Positions 1 to 11,847 of a stretch of 64,000 nt of DNA are shown one piece after another. The stretch comes from Ginglymostoma cirratum (lineage: Eukaryota). The notes beneath the pieces were generated by a model that saw only the letters and a program-made list of their open reading frames with translations, was not told the origin of the DNA and searched no databases. Made by a program: the position numbers and the translations under genes. How positions within the stretch are numbered: the stretch's first letter is position 1; each line of letters opens with the position of its first letter. Location of the stretch: contig JAHRHZ010000021.1 in NCBI GenBank assembly GCA_024137785.1, forward strand, positions 25,995,321 through 26,059,320, written 5' to 3'.

Positions 1-247
1 GGAAAATTACTTGTTAGCGGGTAGCCAATCTGACACCGAGCCAGTCTCCCTTAACACGGTTCTAGATCAGGATAATCCAGACCTCCGGCTGTTTTAAAAG
101 TTCTGTCCCTGTTATCAATGAACCTGACATGCCATCATCAAAGATAATCGGAACTGCAGATGCTGGAGAATCCGAGGTAACAAGGTGTAGAGCTGGATGA
201 ACACAGCAGGCCAAGCAGCATCATAGGAGCAGGAAAGCTTGACGTTT

Positions 248-647
248 NNNNNNNNNNNNNNNNNNNNNNNNNNNNNNNNNNNNNNNNNNNNNNNNNNNNN
301 NNNNNNNNNNNNNNNNNNNNNNNNNNNNNNNNNNNNNNNNNNNNNNNNNNNNNNNNNNNNNNNNNNNNNNNNNNNNNNNNNNNNNNNNNNNNNNNNNNNN
401 NNNNNNNNNNNNNNNNNNNNNNNNNNNNNNNNNNNNNNNNNNNNNNNNNNNNNNNNNNNNNNNNNNNNNNNNNNNNNNNNNNNNNNNNNNNNNNNNNNNN
501 NNNNNNNNNNNNNNNNNNNNNNNNNNNNNNNNNNNNNNNNNNNNNNNNNNNNNNNNNNNNNNNNNNNNNNNNNNNNNNNNNNNNNNNNNNNNNNNNNNNN
601 NNNNNNNNNNNNNNNNNNNNNNNNNNNNNNNNNNNNNNNNNNNNNNN
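248..647. other. Assembly gap (400 N)
   Basis: Run of N; same length as the second gap, so probably a placeholder size. Confidence 0.99.
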
Positions 648-686
648 GGAGCTGGATGAACACAGCAGGCCAAGCAGCATCATTTT

Positions 687-714
687 CTGATGAACGGTCC
701 AGGCCCGAAACGTC
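687..714 (+). ncRNA. Minimal type-I hammerhead ribozyme motif (family A)
   Basis: CUGAUGA-A-CGGUCCAGGCCC-GAAA-CG-UC; core intact, one mismatch at base of stem II. Confidence 0.7.
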
Positions 715-2918
715 AAGCTTTCCTGCTCCTATGATGCTGCTTGGCCTGCTGTGTTCATCCAGCTCTACACCTTGTTACCATGCTATCATCAAACTGAGGT
801 TTTGCAGCCAACTTTAGGTTGGACTGATGGTCTGCCACAAACTAGCCCTATATACGCACGCGTTTTCCCAACAGTTCCAACTCAAAATGCTAACTTTTAG
901 CATAAGGGGAAAGGCATCTTGAAGAACCCTGTTTTTGTTCACATTAAAGGATTGAAAAGGATGTTGAGGAAGTACTGAGATTGAGTAGAAAGGGTTAAGT
1001 TTATTTCACTTGTCTTTAGCACACCTTGAAATTAGATAAGAACCTGGCTTTTCCGGCAATTGCTTCACATTCCAGATCAACTGGCATGGAATAGAAAGTG
1101 AGATGTTTACAAATAAATGCAGATACTTCTATATTTCTATCTTTAGCGTCCTTCAACATTAAGTGTGAATGATGTCAGAGCAAGTGAAAGCTTTAATCAA
1201 ACTAACTCTGTATTAAAATGCAACACTTCCTCGCTGGTATTGAATGTGCCAGTATAATATATCTTAAAAACTATAAAGTTCAAAAAATGAAACATCAATA
1301 TAGAAATTAAAGGAGATAACACTGTGGAGTTCAAAGTCTGGAGAGTCAGTTGGTAATGATTTTCCCAAAAGTGAAATATAATTTATAAACACTGGCATCT
1401 GCGCAAGTAAAAAGAATTGTCAGAAGTAAATAAAGAATTAATTACTTTTTCTGGCCATAATGTTTTATCTTCACAGGTGAGAAACATCTTTCGGCTCTGA
1501 ATCAGTTGATTACAGATCCCCACCAGTCATTTTGTAACACAGAAAAAGACAGTTTTAAACTGCAAAGCAAAGCAAAATGGTTAAATTACAGTAAAAGGGG
1601 ACATTGAAATGAGTTAATCACTGAACAACTTTTTTAAAATCAAAAATTATTTCTACAAGAAAGGTGAAACAAGTAAGTTCAAGAAAAAGTATGTTCCTTA
1701 ATTCCTAGCACAAGTTCAAAATAAATAGTCCTTTTCCCATAGTTATTAGCAAGCTCATTTAAGCATCGTGAAGACTGGCTAAAATATGCACCATTTAATT
1801 TCTCAACTTCACAATTGGGAATTGTCACTCAGAGATTGGTGTAATTGGTAAACAAAACGATAAGACTTTGTTGCCTGGTTATAGTAACAGATAAATATGA
1901 TTCATACAGTACTTTAATTATGTCATAAGTTGGCTCAGTCAGCTTTATTCTCCATGTAGTACACTGGTATAGTATTGCCAACACAGCAATTCATGAAACA
2001 AGAAGCAAAATTACTTCTCATGAGATCTCTGTGCTCATATCTGGGTCTGTACCTTAAATAGAATAGTGTATCTTTTTGACAAAGCTTCTTGCCATATGCC
2101 CTTATCTCTTCCTAATGATGTTTGCTGTTATTATCATTATTTCCCCTGAAGTACTATACACTATTTTACTGCAAATTGACATGACCGAGTACATACTCAA
2201 GCTAGCTAAAGCTGCTCATCAGAGACAAGTACAGAATATTATAGGAAACACGCATCTACACCCACACAGTTTGTTTCTAAGCAGCTCAGTTCTCCAGAAC
2301 ACTAAGTCTTTCCACACTTATGCAAAGAGACTGGCTTTTTGCCAAAGCTTGGCTTCTGTTCAAGTGCTCAATCTGTTTAGAATTCCCAGGTGCAAATGTA
2401 TTTTCAAGCCTATTCATGGTTATTTGCATTTTTTCTGCTTATTGCTTTGAATTGTGAACAATCAGCTTGCTGCATGTTGCAAAGTTTTTCCACATTAGGT
2501 CATTTTTATATGGTCATGGGCTATCAATAAACCATTCACAGAGACAACAATCATGCCTTCCTGGGACAATTTCAGTGATCACTATTTTACTGAAATATTT
2601 CAGGATCGTGCACGTGCAATGTGTATATATAAGCATTAGGTTCAAGTTACAATATATACTATAGGTTCTGTCTAGCCCAATTGGAAAAACACAACAATTC
2701 TACTTCTTAAATTAATGGATATCAGTCTGTCTGTCTACAAAAACCTTGGCTGTACACTCCCAATCCGGTAAATCCCAAGATTCTACTCCACCTTAAACAC
2801 ACAATTTTGTCCTTCTCCTCATTTATAGGTTGCTGTCCTTAAAAGAAATATAAGAAAAGAAAGTATATCTGAAGAATCTTTCACATCCCATGAAATTGTT
2901 GATTATTGATGAATTATT

Positions 2919-3155
2919 GATGAACCTGTGGAATTCATTGCCACGGAGCGCAGTGGAGGCCGGGACGTTGAATGTCTTCAAGGCAGAGATTGATAAATTC
3001 TTGATCTCGCAAGGAATCAAGGGCTACGGGGAGAGTGCGGGTAAGTGGAGTTGAGATGCCCATCAGCCATGATTAAATGGTGGAGTGGACTCGATGGGCT
3101 GAATGGCCTCACCTCCCCTCCTACGTCTTATGGTCTTATGGTCTTATGGTCTTAT
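2919..3155 (+). mobile_element. CR1-clade LINE 3' end
   Basis: ctgtggaattcattgcca...gggctgaatggcct tail ending in (tcttatgg)n octamer repeat. Confidence 0.85.
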
Positions 3156-4299
3156 GAAATGCTGTCACTGCTATTAAGGCAAAGGCAACAGACAATTTTA
3201 CATAGAAACCCTCAAACAGCAAGTTCGCGATTTATTTGTTTTAATGGCACTGGTTGAAGAATGGATGTTGATCTAGGTACGAAAGGAGCTCCATGCTCTT
3301 CATCAAATAGTGAAGTTAACATTTTCTCCAGCTATCAACTGCAAAGAACAAAATTATCACCTCAGTCTCCATCTATAAACTCTGCACATCTGCCACTAAA
3401 TCTATTGCCATCCTTTTGCCCTCCTTTCAGCTGCTCTCTTAGGATAAACCAGACTATAAAAACTTTGGATTTCTGTCCTGTTCTAAGCTCAACTATGATC
3501 TAATGCTTACTTTAACACACTTAAGCCCAGTTATATTACACCTGAACTTCATCATTAAAATCAATTTCTCCACTGCTTTGCTAACTAGTCTTCCATCATG
3601 TATAATCTCTAACAATCTTCAAAACTCTCAGTGAACCTTTTGTCCAGGAGGCTGCCACTTACTGATATCCAACTCTCTGTTTCCCCACACAGTGTTTTTA
3701 AATCTTCTTCTTTATGCTTAGTCTTTCCTTTCCATTCTATCTCACCGACTCTTTCTAGTCTTATATTATGTAACACAGCCGTTGGGTCTCAGCTTTGCTT
3801 TTGCGTGCTGTCCCATCTCTTCATCCTACTTGGCAGCATAACTTTCAACTGTCTTAGTTTTATTCTCTGAATTCCACTGTCCACTCTCTCCCTTTTCATC
3901 CATATAAGTTTAGTAAAATTATCTTTTGACAATGCCTTCAGTCAGTTCTTCCATGATACCTCTGTTGTCCTTTTAGGATGGCCATTCCTTTCAGCAATTT
4001 TCTCTCCAAAGCTTTGCAATCTATTCTCCTGTAAAAGTACTACACAACTGCTACCGTTTGTGCAGAATATCTAATAAAAATAATGAAGGAACAATGACTC
4101 ATGATACTTGAGGATTGATCTCTGCAATGCAAGGAAATCCGCTCATTTGGTAATATTTGAATAACTACTGAAACTTCATTGCCCAAGATGAGTAGATCCA
4201 ACTTTTGCACTAACTATCACTTCATATCAGGCCCTTTCTGGCATAACAACTGCATTTCTGTAAGTGGGGAGGAGTTAGGGGGGAGTTGGGGGTGTGGGA

Positions 4300-4472
4300 C
4301 AGGTAGGCTCAGCTCACTTGGCTGGACGGCTGGTTTGCGATGCAGGGTTCAAGTACTGCACCAGCTGAGGCTACCATAAAGGATTCTCCTTCTCAACTTC
4401 TCCACTCACCTGAGGCATGGTGACCCTCAGGTTAAACCACCACCAGTTGTCTCTCTCTAATGACAGAGCAGC
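4300..4472 (+). mobile_element. tRNA-derived SINE (degenerate)
   Basis: A-box-like agctcacttgg and B-box-like gggttcaagt; related reverse copy at ~58025-58185. Confidence 0.55.
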
Positions 4473-4846
4473 AATATTGAAACCACTGGTTTCAATATTT
4501 CAAATCTTCCACCTGCTAGTTTTACTCCTCATTTAAAATTTGCAAATACTATATCATGAAGATATTAGATAATTTCCTATTCCCTAAATGCCAGCCTAGT
4601 CATGTGCTAATAATTTCTTCAAGAAGATTGGTTTTGTGATTCTCAGTTCTTGAAATAGGTCAGACAATTCATGTGTAACCTACTTGTTTAATGAAGGGTG
4701 CAGACAGAATTCCACACCGATCACTTATTGATGAATGCAAAACATTTCATTTGGAGGAACACTGGGTATAAATTGTATATCAAGATTTATCTGATGCTTG
4801 AAAGCTTTTCAGTGGAATTAAATTCATTTGAGAAAATACTTCAGAC

Positions 4847-5112
4847 ATAGAATCATAGAGTCATATAGCATGAAAACAGACCCTTCAGTCCAATTATTCC
4901 ACACCAACCATTTTCCCAAACCAAACTAGTCCCACGTGCCTGGGTTTGACCCATATACCTCCAAACCTTTCCTATTTAGGTACTTCTCCAAATGTCTTCT
5001 CAAATTTGTAACCGTACCTGCACCCACCAATTCTTCTGGAAGGTCATTCCACACACAAACCTCTCGCTGTTTAAAAACGTTGCCCCTCATGCCTTTTTTA
5101 AACCTTTCTCCA
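4847..5112 (-). mobile_element. CR1-clade LINE 3' end
   Basis: catagaatcatagagtcata tail and cccttcagtccaa; reverse complement of a CR1 3'UTR. Confidence 0.75.
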
Positions 5113-5476
5113 TCTTGTCGGATCTTATTCTAAATCCAAGTTCCACACAGCCCTGAATATCTTAACTAACTATTAAACTATACACTCGCCACTTATGTTT
5201 TTTTTTGCCTTAGCTCTTTTTTTGTGCTTAGCTGTTTGTTTCTACTGGGCTTGTACTTCCCTCTCTCTTGCTCTCCTCCATTTTGTCCATTAATCTCTGG
5301 TTCCTTTGTCTTAGACCATCACATTCCTCCTCATGTTCTTCTTTGCCACATCTGTTCTTATCATTTGTGTAATAACAACCGAAAGAACTGCGGATGCTGT
5401 AAATCAGGAACAAAAACAGAAGTTGCTGGAAAAGTTCAGTAGGTTTGGCAGCATCTGTGAAGAAAAAATCAGAGTT

Positions 5477-5506
5477 AACTTTTTGGGTCCAGTGACTCTT
5501 CCTCAG
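5477..5506 (-). ncRNA. Hammerhead motif (family B, degenerate)
   Basis: Minus strand gagtt-CUGAGGA-A-GAGUC-ACUG-GACCC-AAAA-AG-UU-aactc; 5-bp stem I, but G12 is mutated. Confidence 0.55.
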
Positions 5507-5521
5507 AACTCAGCTCCAGTT

Positions 5522-5551
5522 CTGAGGAAGGGTCACCGGACCTGAAACATG
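5522..5551 (+). ncRNA. Hammerhead motif (family B, degenerate cleavage triplet)
   Basis: agtt-CUGAGGA-A-GGGUC-ACCG-GACCU-GAAA-CA-UG-aact. Confidence 0.6.
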
Positions 5552-7725
5552 AACTCTGATGTTTTTCTTCATAGGTGCTGCCAGACATGTTGAGCTTTTC
5601 CAGCAACTTCTATCTTTGTTTCTAATCATTTGTGTACCTCCTTTACCTTCATTTCTTATTTGCCCTCTTTGTCATCCACTCTGACTTACAAATTTGCTTT
5701 CCTGATCATCTTTTGCTCATTCAAGAATCCAAAAGTACTTCTTTTACCAGCCTCCTGTTCAGAGGGGCACAAATGATAATCGAAAGAAAAGCAAAATATG
5801 CTTAATTTTATTTTGAGATCCATAATGTTAAACAAGGAAGCAATCCAGGTCTACCAAGCAAGGATCCAAATGTACCATCTGCATCCAGGGAACTGTTTAA
5901 AATTAGTACAACATGGTAACAAAAATATTTTCTGCAGAAGCACTAAATTAGCCATTCAGCAAAAATAATCTTCATCTACTGTCACTAGTGTGAAAGGGTA
6001 TTTAAATAGGAAATAAGAACTCCTGTTACATTTATCTGCAGAGAACCAAATACTTTCATGGTAAAACAAAAGGTTCAATCCCAGTATTTACCATTAGGAG
6101 CAATATTTTTTAAAAATGCTTTTTGATTCCATATTTTAAATCATAATTATTCAAAATGTTATTTAAAACTAAAATTAAAAAGAAAGCTAGGTGGAGTAGA
6201 GCCAATTGCTTCTTAACAAATCCATTTTAATCACTCTTGCAAGTACAGTGACATTTGCACTAAAATGTTGCATCAATCCACTGCTACATGTAGGTTAATT
6301 TTAAATCAAGTTTAATTGTCTCAATGACTGATATAAGAGAAATCATTTATGGGAATGACTGAGTCAGTCAATCGAGTTGTTTGAGTCCTGTGTCTGTAAT
6401 GTGTAAGATAGCTGTAGCCATTAGTTCAAAACCTCTTGGGTGGACTTGACACAGGGCCCTCACAGCTGATAAATCTCATCAGTCAGGTTATGTTTTCTCT
6501 GAGTTGGTTTTCTGACAAGAATATGCTGACCTTTTTAAGGCACTATCTTGTGAGACTATAATATGGATTTCATCAAACTCATTAGGAGTTCTAACTGTAT
6601 GAAAGTTTGCACAGCCTGTGAGTTACACTCTTCGACTGTGCCTAGAGTGCAGCTATGAATAAGTCAAACTCCTTGACAAAATTTCATTTGTACCTTTTTG
6701 CATTGAATGTATGAACATTACTGATTGATAACAAGATTTTTAAAAAATGGTGTAAATGGAAAGGCCACAGACAAAGCATTACATCAACAAAATATACCTG
6801 CTATCTCAAGCTTCAGTGCCTTTATTCAAGCATATGGAATCCTTGAATTTATAGATAAATGCAGAGTGCAGAAGTCTAAATGTGTTACAAATTCATCTTT
6901 CAAATTTGTTGATATTTTGTTGTCAGCGCAAATTATCATTATCTCCTGCAATAGTGAGCATGTTGAGGTTAATCAGCATGTAAGACGGAATATTACAGAA
7001 TAAATGAGGGGATTTAGGTATACCGTAAAATAATGCAAATATCACAAATATTGAGTGCTAATCTAATTCATGAAGGATGGCAGCGTACAAAAACAACTGT
7101 TTGGCTTTGCCTCATATCTTTGTTACTTCTCAAAGTAACCATGCATGGAGTTTTTCTACCAAATACACTGAAGTCTCCTAAAATATCTTACTTTATATCC
7201 TGTTTCAGGGGTGGGCTTGTATGGATTGCCAACGTTGAATGAGAAAAATTTCCCCAGTTACAGAATGTCATTTCAAGGTCTTTTTCTAAGCGATGGAAAA
7301 TCGCCTAAAGTTTCTTGAGCATTCACACATACAGTCATTCATACTGAATAACGCTTTTACATTGTCTCTGCAATCTCATCTCATATCATTTCCCCAGTCT
7401 TCATCCTCCCAAGAAACATTCCATGTAGATCTTCAAAACTAACTTGCACAAGTTTTACTTTTGCATCTGTTCAGTTATCAGTTATTTATGTCTATCAGTG
7501 TTGACAAGGCCAGTTATTAATGGCTAACCAATCTAAGTGTCTAAATCCTTATCAGGCTATTGGACCACAGGGTTGTTCATTGGTGTGACTTCTCTTCTAC
7601 ATCCAGATGCTAACATGTATCTTAATTAGGCAAGGTTAAATGAAATAGTATCATAGCTTTTGGTATGCTTGTTTGTTAATGTATCCAGTTGCACAATCAC
7701 TTTTGCAGAGGCCTAATTTGACCAT

Positions 7726-9180
7726 GGAGACAGTTGGGACTGCAGATGCTGAAAGCTACAGTCAATAAATGTGGATCTAGAAATGCACAGCCAGTCAGAG
7801 AGAATCGAGGAGCAGGAAAGTTAATGTTCTGGCCTGAAACCTTTTGTCAGGACTGGGAGGTGGAGAGGAGCCCAGAAATAAATAGAGGGAGGGGTTGGGG
7901 CTGCAGGGGGAGTAGGTGAGTTGGAGATATGTCGAAGCAGGTAGAGAGTTATTGTGGTTGGTCATTGGGAAGGGTGGAATGGATAGGTGAGTCAGAAGAT
8001 AGATGAGTCAGTGGGAAGGGAAATATCATTATGGTGGTTGGGTCTGATTGTCAGTAGTGGAAATGTCGGACGATGATGCTTGTATTCAAAGGTTGGTGCG
8101 GTGGTATGTGAGGAACAAGGGGACTCTATCCTTATTGTGGTTGAGGGGAGAGGGCTTGAGGGCAGAAGCATGGGATATGGGGGAGATGTGGTTGAGGGCA
8201 TCCTTAATAACAGAGAAGGGGAAACGATGGTCTCTAAAGATATCTGGGAAGTCCTAGAGTAGAACGCCTCATCCTGGGAGCAGATGCGGCAGAGACAGAG
8301 GGATTGTGAGTATAGGATAGAATTTTTACAGGAGGTATAGTGGACTAACCTCGGAATGCAACGCATCACCCTCTGACATTTCCACCACCTACAATCAGAC
8401 CCCATCACCAAACAGATATTTCCCTCCCCACCCTGTCCGCTTTCCACAGGGACTGTTCACTCCACGACTCCCTCATCAGCTCCACACTCCATACCTACCC
8501 CTCCACCACACCCAGTACCTTTCCCTGGAGAGACCATCCACAGGAGGTGCTACACCTGCTCCCATTCCTCCCCTCTCATCTCAGTCCAAGGCATCAAACA
8601 ATCCTTCCAAATCCGGCAGAGATTCACCTGCACGTATCTAACCTCATCTAATGTATCCGTTGCTCCCGATGTGGTCTCTATAACAGGCAGACCAAACGCA
8701 GACTCGGGAACCAGTTCATGGAGCAGCTGTGCTCTGCATGCACCAACCAACCCCACCTTCTGGTTGCCATCCCCCTTCCACTCCCCTGGCAACATGTCCA
8801 TCCTTGGCCTCCTCCACTGTCAGAGTGAGGCCAAATGTAAACTAGAGGAACAACATCTGATATTTCACCTTGGGATCTTACAGCCCAATGGACTCAATAT
8901 TGACTTCACCAGCTTCAAAATCTCTCCTCCCCCAAACTGTCCATCCTCTATCTGCTCCACGCTTCCCACTGACCAACCACAATAACCATCTACCTGCCTC
9001 CACCTACTTCCATCTGATGTACCCTCCCCCAGCCCCACCCCTCTCCCTTTATTCATTTCTGGCACCCCTGCCCCTTCCTAGGGTTCCCAGACGAAGGCTT
9101 TCAGCTCAAAATGTTGACTTCCCTGCTCCTCGGATGCTGTCTGACTGGCTGTGCTTTTCCAGCTCCACATTTATTGACCA
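7726..9180. mobile_element. Penelope-like element remnant in fold-back arrangement (minus arm 7726-~8340, plus arm ~8343-9180)
   Basis: Minus-arm translation RICSQDEAFYSRTSQ and plus-arm MSILGLLHCQSEAKCKLEEQHLIFHLG match the PLE at 28.3-30.7 kb; both ends are PLE 3' termini; perfect 12-bp TSD taatttgaccat at 7714-7725 and 9181-9192. Confidence 0.88.
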
Positions 9181-10067
9181 TAATTTGACCATATCCACTT
9201 TTCAGGCTTACTACATGTGGCATCACCTAAATATGATCTTACTGTTGGTATGTGTACATTGACATAATTTAAATTCATTAGCGATATATACATATTAATC
9301 TTCTACACACAAATTCACACACACACATACACATGTGGCTTAAGAATTAACTATAAGATGGTACAAAGTCGAGAGCGATTGGAAGAACCAGAGACAATGT
9401 GGGAAAGAAAAATGTTTTGTAGTGAGTGGTTCAGACTTAGAATACATTTCTGATAGGATGATGAATATAGATTCAATTACAGTTTCAAAAGTGAATGAGA
9501 AAAATACTTGCAGAAAAATTTTGGCATTTGGGAAAAATCAGGAGAGTGGAATTATGAAAACGGTTTGTCAGAAAAGCTGATACAAACTTGGTAGGTCGAA
9601 TTGCCTCCTCCAAATTCCTGTTTCTATAATTCTCCAGATGGCTAAACAGAAATAAATAACCTTGAGCCATTGAGCTGACAATGAATTTTATGATATCAAA
9701 ACAATGTCTGAACATCCCAAAATTATATCACTGCCAAGGTGATCTAGGCTTTGCACACCTTGTTCTGGTGGCATTCCTTTGTACTCCTTTTGAACTGATA
9801 CTATTTATGGGATATCATATGTCTGTTCAAAAATATTCTTATCACCAAATGACAGATAGGTAAAAGTTGTTAGGATGTTTCATATTGGCAATTATGAAAA
9901 CTAATGTAGTTTATAACATATCTCACCAAGTCTTTGAGGAGGTGCGATTTGGCTTTTAAAGCACAATAAAGATGTTAGATTTTGTCTGGATCTAAAAGTT
10001 ACTTCGGCTGTAACAACAAGGGAGCAGGAGGCATCAGTATAAAGAATAAAAACATGAGATGGATGAT

Positions 10068-10285
10068 CAGAGATAGAAATAACTGCCGATGCTGGAGTCT
10101 GAGAGAACACAGTGTGGAGTTGGAGGAACACTGCAGGCCAGGCAGCATTAGAGGAGCAGGAAAGCCGACGTTTCCGGTCAGGACCCTTCTTCAGAAAATG
10201 AAGGGTCTCAACCCAAAGCAGCAACTTTCCTGTTCCTCTGATGCTGCCTGGCCTGCTGTGTTCCTCCAGCTCCACACTGTGTTAT
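10068..10285. mobile_element. PLE-terminus-derived fold-back element, family A variant
   Basis: ~85-bp inverted arms centred near 10197; degenerate 14-bp TSD atgagatggatgat (10054-10067) / ataagttggatgat (10286-10299). Confidence 0.88.
10167..10194 (-). ncRNA. Hammerhead motif (family A)
   Basis: Minus strand CUGAAGA-A-GGGUCCUGACCG-GAAA-CG-UC. Confidence 0.65.
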
Positions 10286-11699
10286 ATAAGTTGGATGATA
10301 GCAAGTTCTTTTTTTCCCCACAGAGAATTCTCAGCCTCTGGGATGGTAAACCTAAAATTGTGCTAGGTATGGATTCACTATAAATGAAAGGAAAATAATT
10401 CTTGTGAGTCAAGACAATGTCCAGTTGTAGAAGCTAGGTGGGGCATCATTGTAATTGGTGTTACAATCATCATAGTCACTTATATTTTACTTAATTGCCA
10501 GTGTTAGAGAAAATTTTCCCTGAGTCTAGTTCCTAAGTTGGTCTGAGGGTTTTTCTCTGCCCAATGTGACTCTCCAGGATACCACATGTTGGGGAAAGAG
10601 GATGATGATTCATGTTGTCTTAATGGGACATTGGTGGCCTCTTCTCTATTACTTAATCTCATATGAATCTGAAGATGTATATGCCTTTCTCCAAAGGAGG
10701 AAACCTGCTTTGAAATGGCACTTCCTTCAAGGTTCTTAATTTCAGAGAAGTTATTGTTACCAGAATAGTATGTAATTTTATTTAAAACTTAAACATTTTC
10801 TACTATGCATTTCCCCAGCAACATTAGTGCCCTTCAATAACCTTACAATCAAAAGCTCTGCCCAATATTAGAGAAATGACAGTCATTATTCAGTCACCCA
10901 GTCACTAATTATTCAAGAATGACTGTAAACCAGTCATGGTTTTAACAAGCTACTTGAAGTGACATCTTCTGAAACTTAACAACTACTCATACATATATAT
11001 TTGGTACGGTTGCCCTCAGTAAAGATCAATAAAAGCAATTATTTTTGATACTGTTTTTGTTTATAAGCAAGACTGATCTTTCTTGGCAGTTAGACGATCT
11101 TTTTAGTGTAGAAAACATTACTCATCAAAGGGAATTGGTTATTTTCCTTTGCAGAGCAACCAATCTTGGGAATGAAGTGTTGATTTTCTGCAAGAAATAG
11201 CCCTCCCACAATTAGAATCAATTGATTTCAGCAGGCAGCTACTCAGTAATTGCATGAAAGATGGTGACAGGAAATAAGTTTAGGTTGTCACCTCAAAGAT
11301 TAAAGTCAGCTAAAAAGATGAGTGTTTTGACAATGGCAGTGCAAAAATGTTTTCCGTAACTACAAGTTAATAGAGATCCATGGATTTTGAAAACAATCAT
11401 GTATGAACTTATCTTCTAGGCAGATTAAACAAATGCATTTACAAATGAACACATTGTAACTAAAAATGTAACACCACCAGTTCAGGAATTATTTAAACTG
11501 AGAAATTGACAATTTCAGGTAGTACATAAATAAAAACTACAGCTTGCAGTACCCCTTGCAAACTTAATTTTTGATCAGAACTATGTCAATCTCGTAGTGA
11601 AAATCACTTGTATTATCTTCCCCAGTAACCATCATTAACCATGCTGTCCTATTTTTGGAAGTCCAATTAGCATTCCAAGTGGTTTTAGAATAAACTTGT

Positions 11700-11835
11700 T
11701 ATTTTTCTCTTTATTCTGTCATGGGATATAGGGGCGGCTAGCAAGGCCAAAATTTTTTGCCTGTGCCTGATTGCTCTTGAACCAACTGGCTTGCTAGGTC
11801 ATTTCAGGGAACAGTTAAGAATCAACAGCATTCCT
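11700..11835 (-). mobile_element. SINE/LINE 3' tail fragment
   Basis: Reverse complement of the tail of the SINE at 48530-48812. Confidence 0.55.
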
Positions 11836-11847
11836 TATAGTCTGGAC

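Larger units (their letters stand above)
143..778. mobile_element. PLE-terminus-derived fold-back element, family A (centre in assembly gap)
   Basis: Left arm (taacaaggtgtagagctggatgaacacagcaggccaagcagcatc) is the reverse complement of right arm 711-778; right arm matches the 3' end of the PLE at 30589-30670; 15-bp TSD catgcYatcatcaaa at 128-142 and 779-793. Confidence 0.85.
5372..5624. mobile_element. PLE-terminus-derived fold-back element, family B
   Basis: ~110-bp inverted arms centred near 5513; perfect 12-bp TSD atcatttgtgta at 5360-5371 and 5625-5636; arms match the 3' end of the PLE fragment at 60640-60741. Confidence 0.9.

Noticed and set aside
115-817. Long ORFs spanning N runs (also 21490-22036)
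   Set aside because: Artefacts of translating assembly gaps
2076-2450. 124-aa ORF and the many other short ORFs in unique sequence
   Set aside because: No domain similarity or exon signals; consistent with chance ORFs
5372-5624. Interpretation of fold-backs as DNA-transposon MITEs or miRNA precursors
   Set aside because: Arms match PLE 3' termini, ends are asymmetric and TSDs vary in length (10-15 bp), unlike cut-and-paste elements
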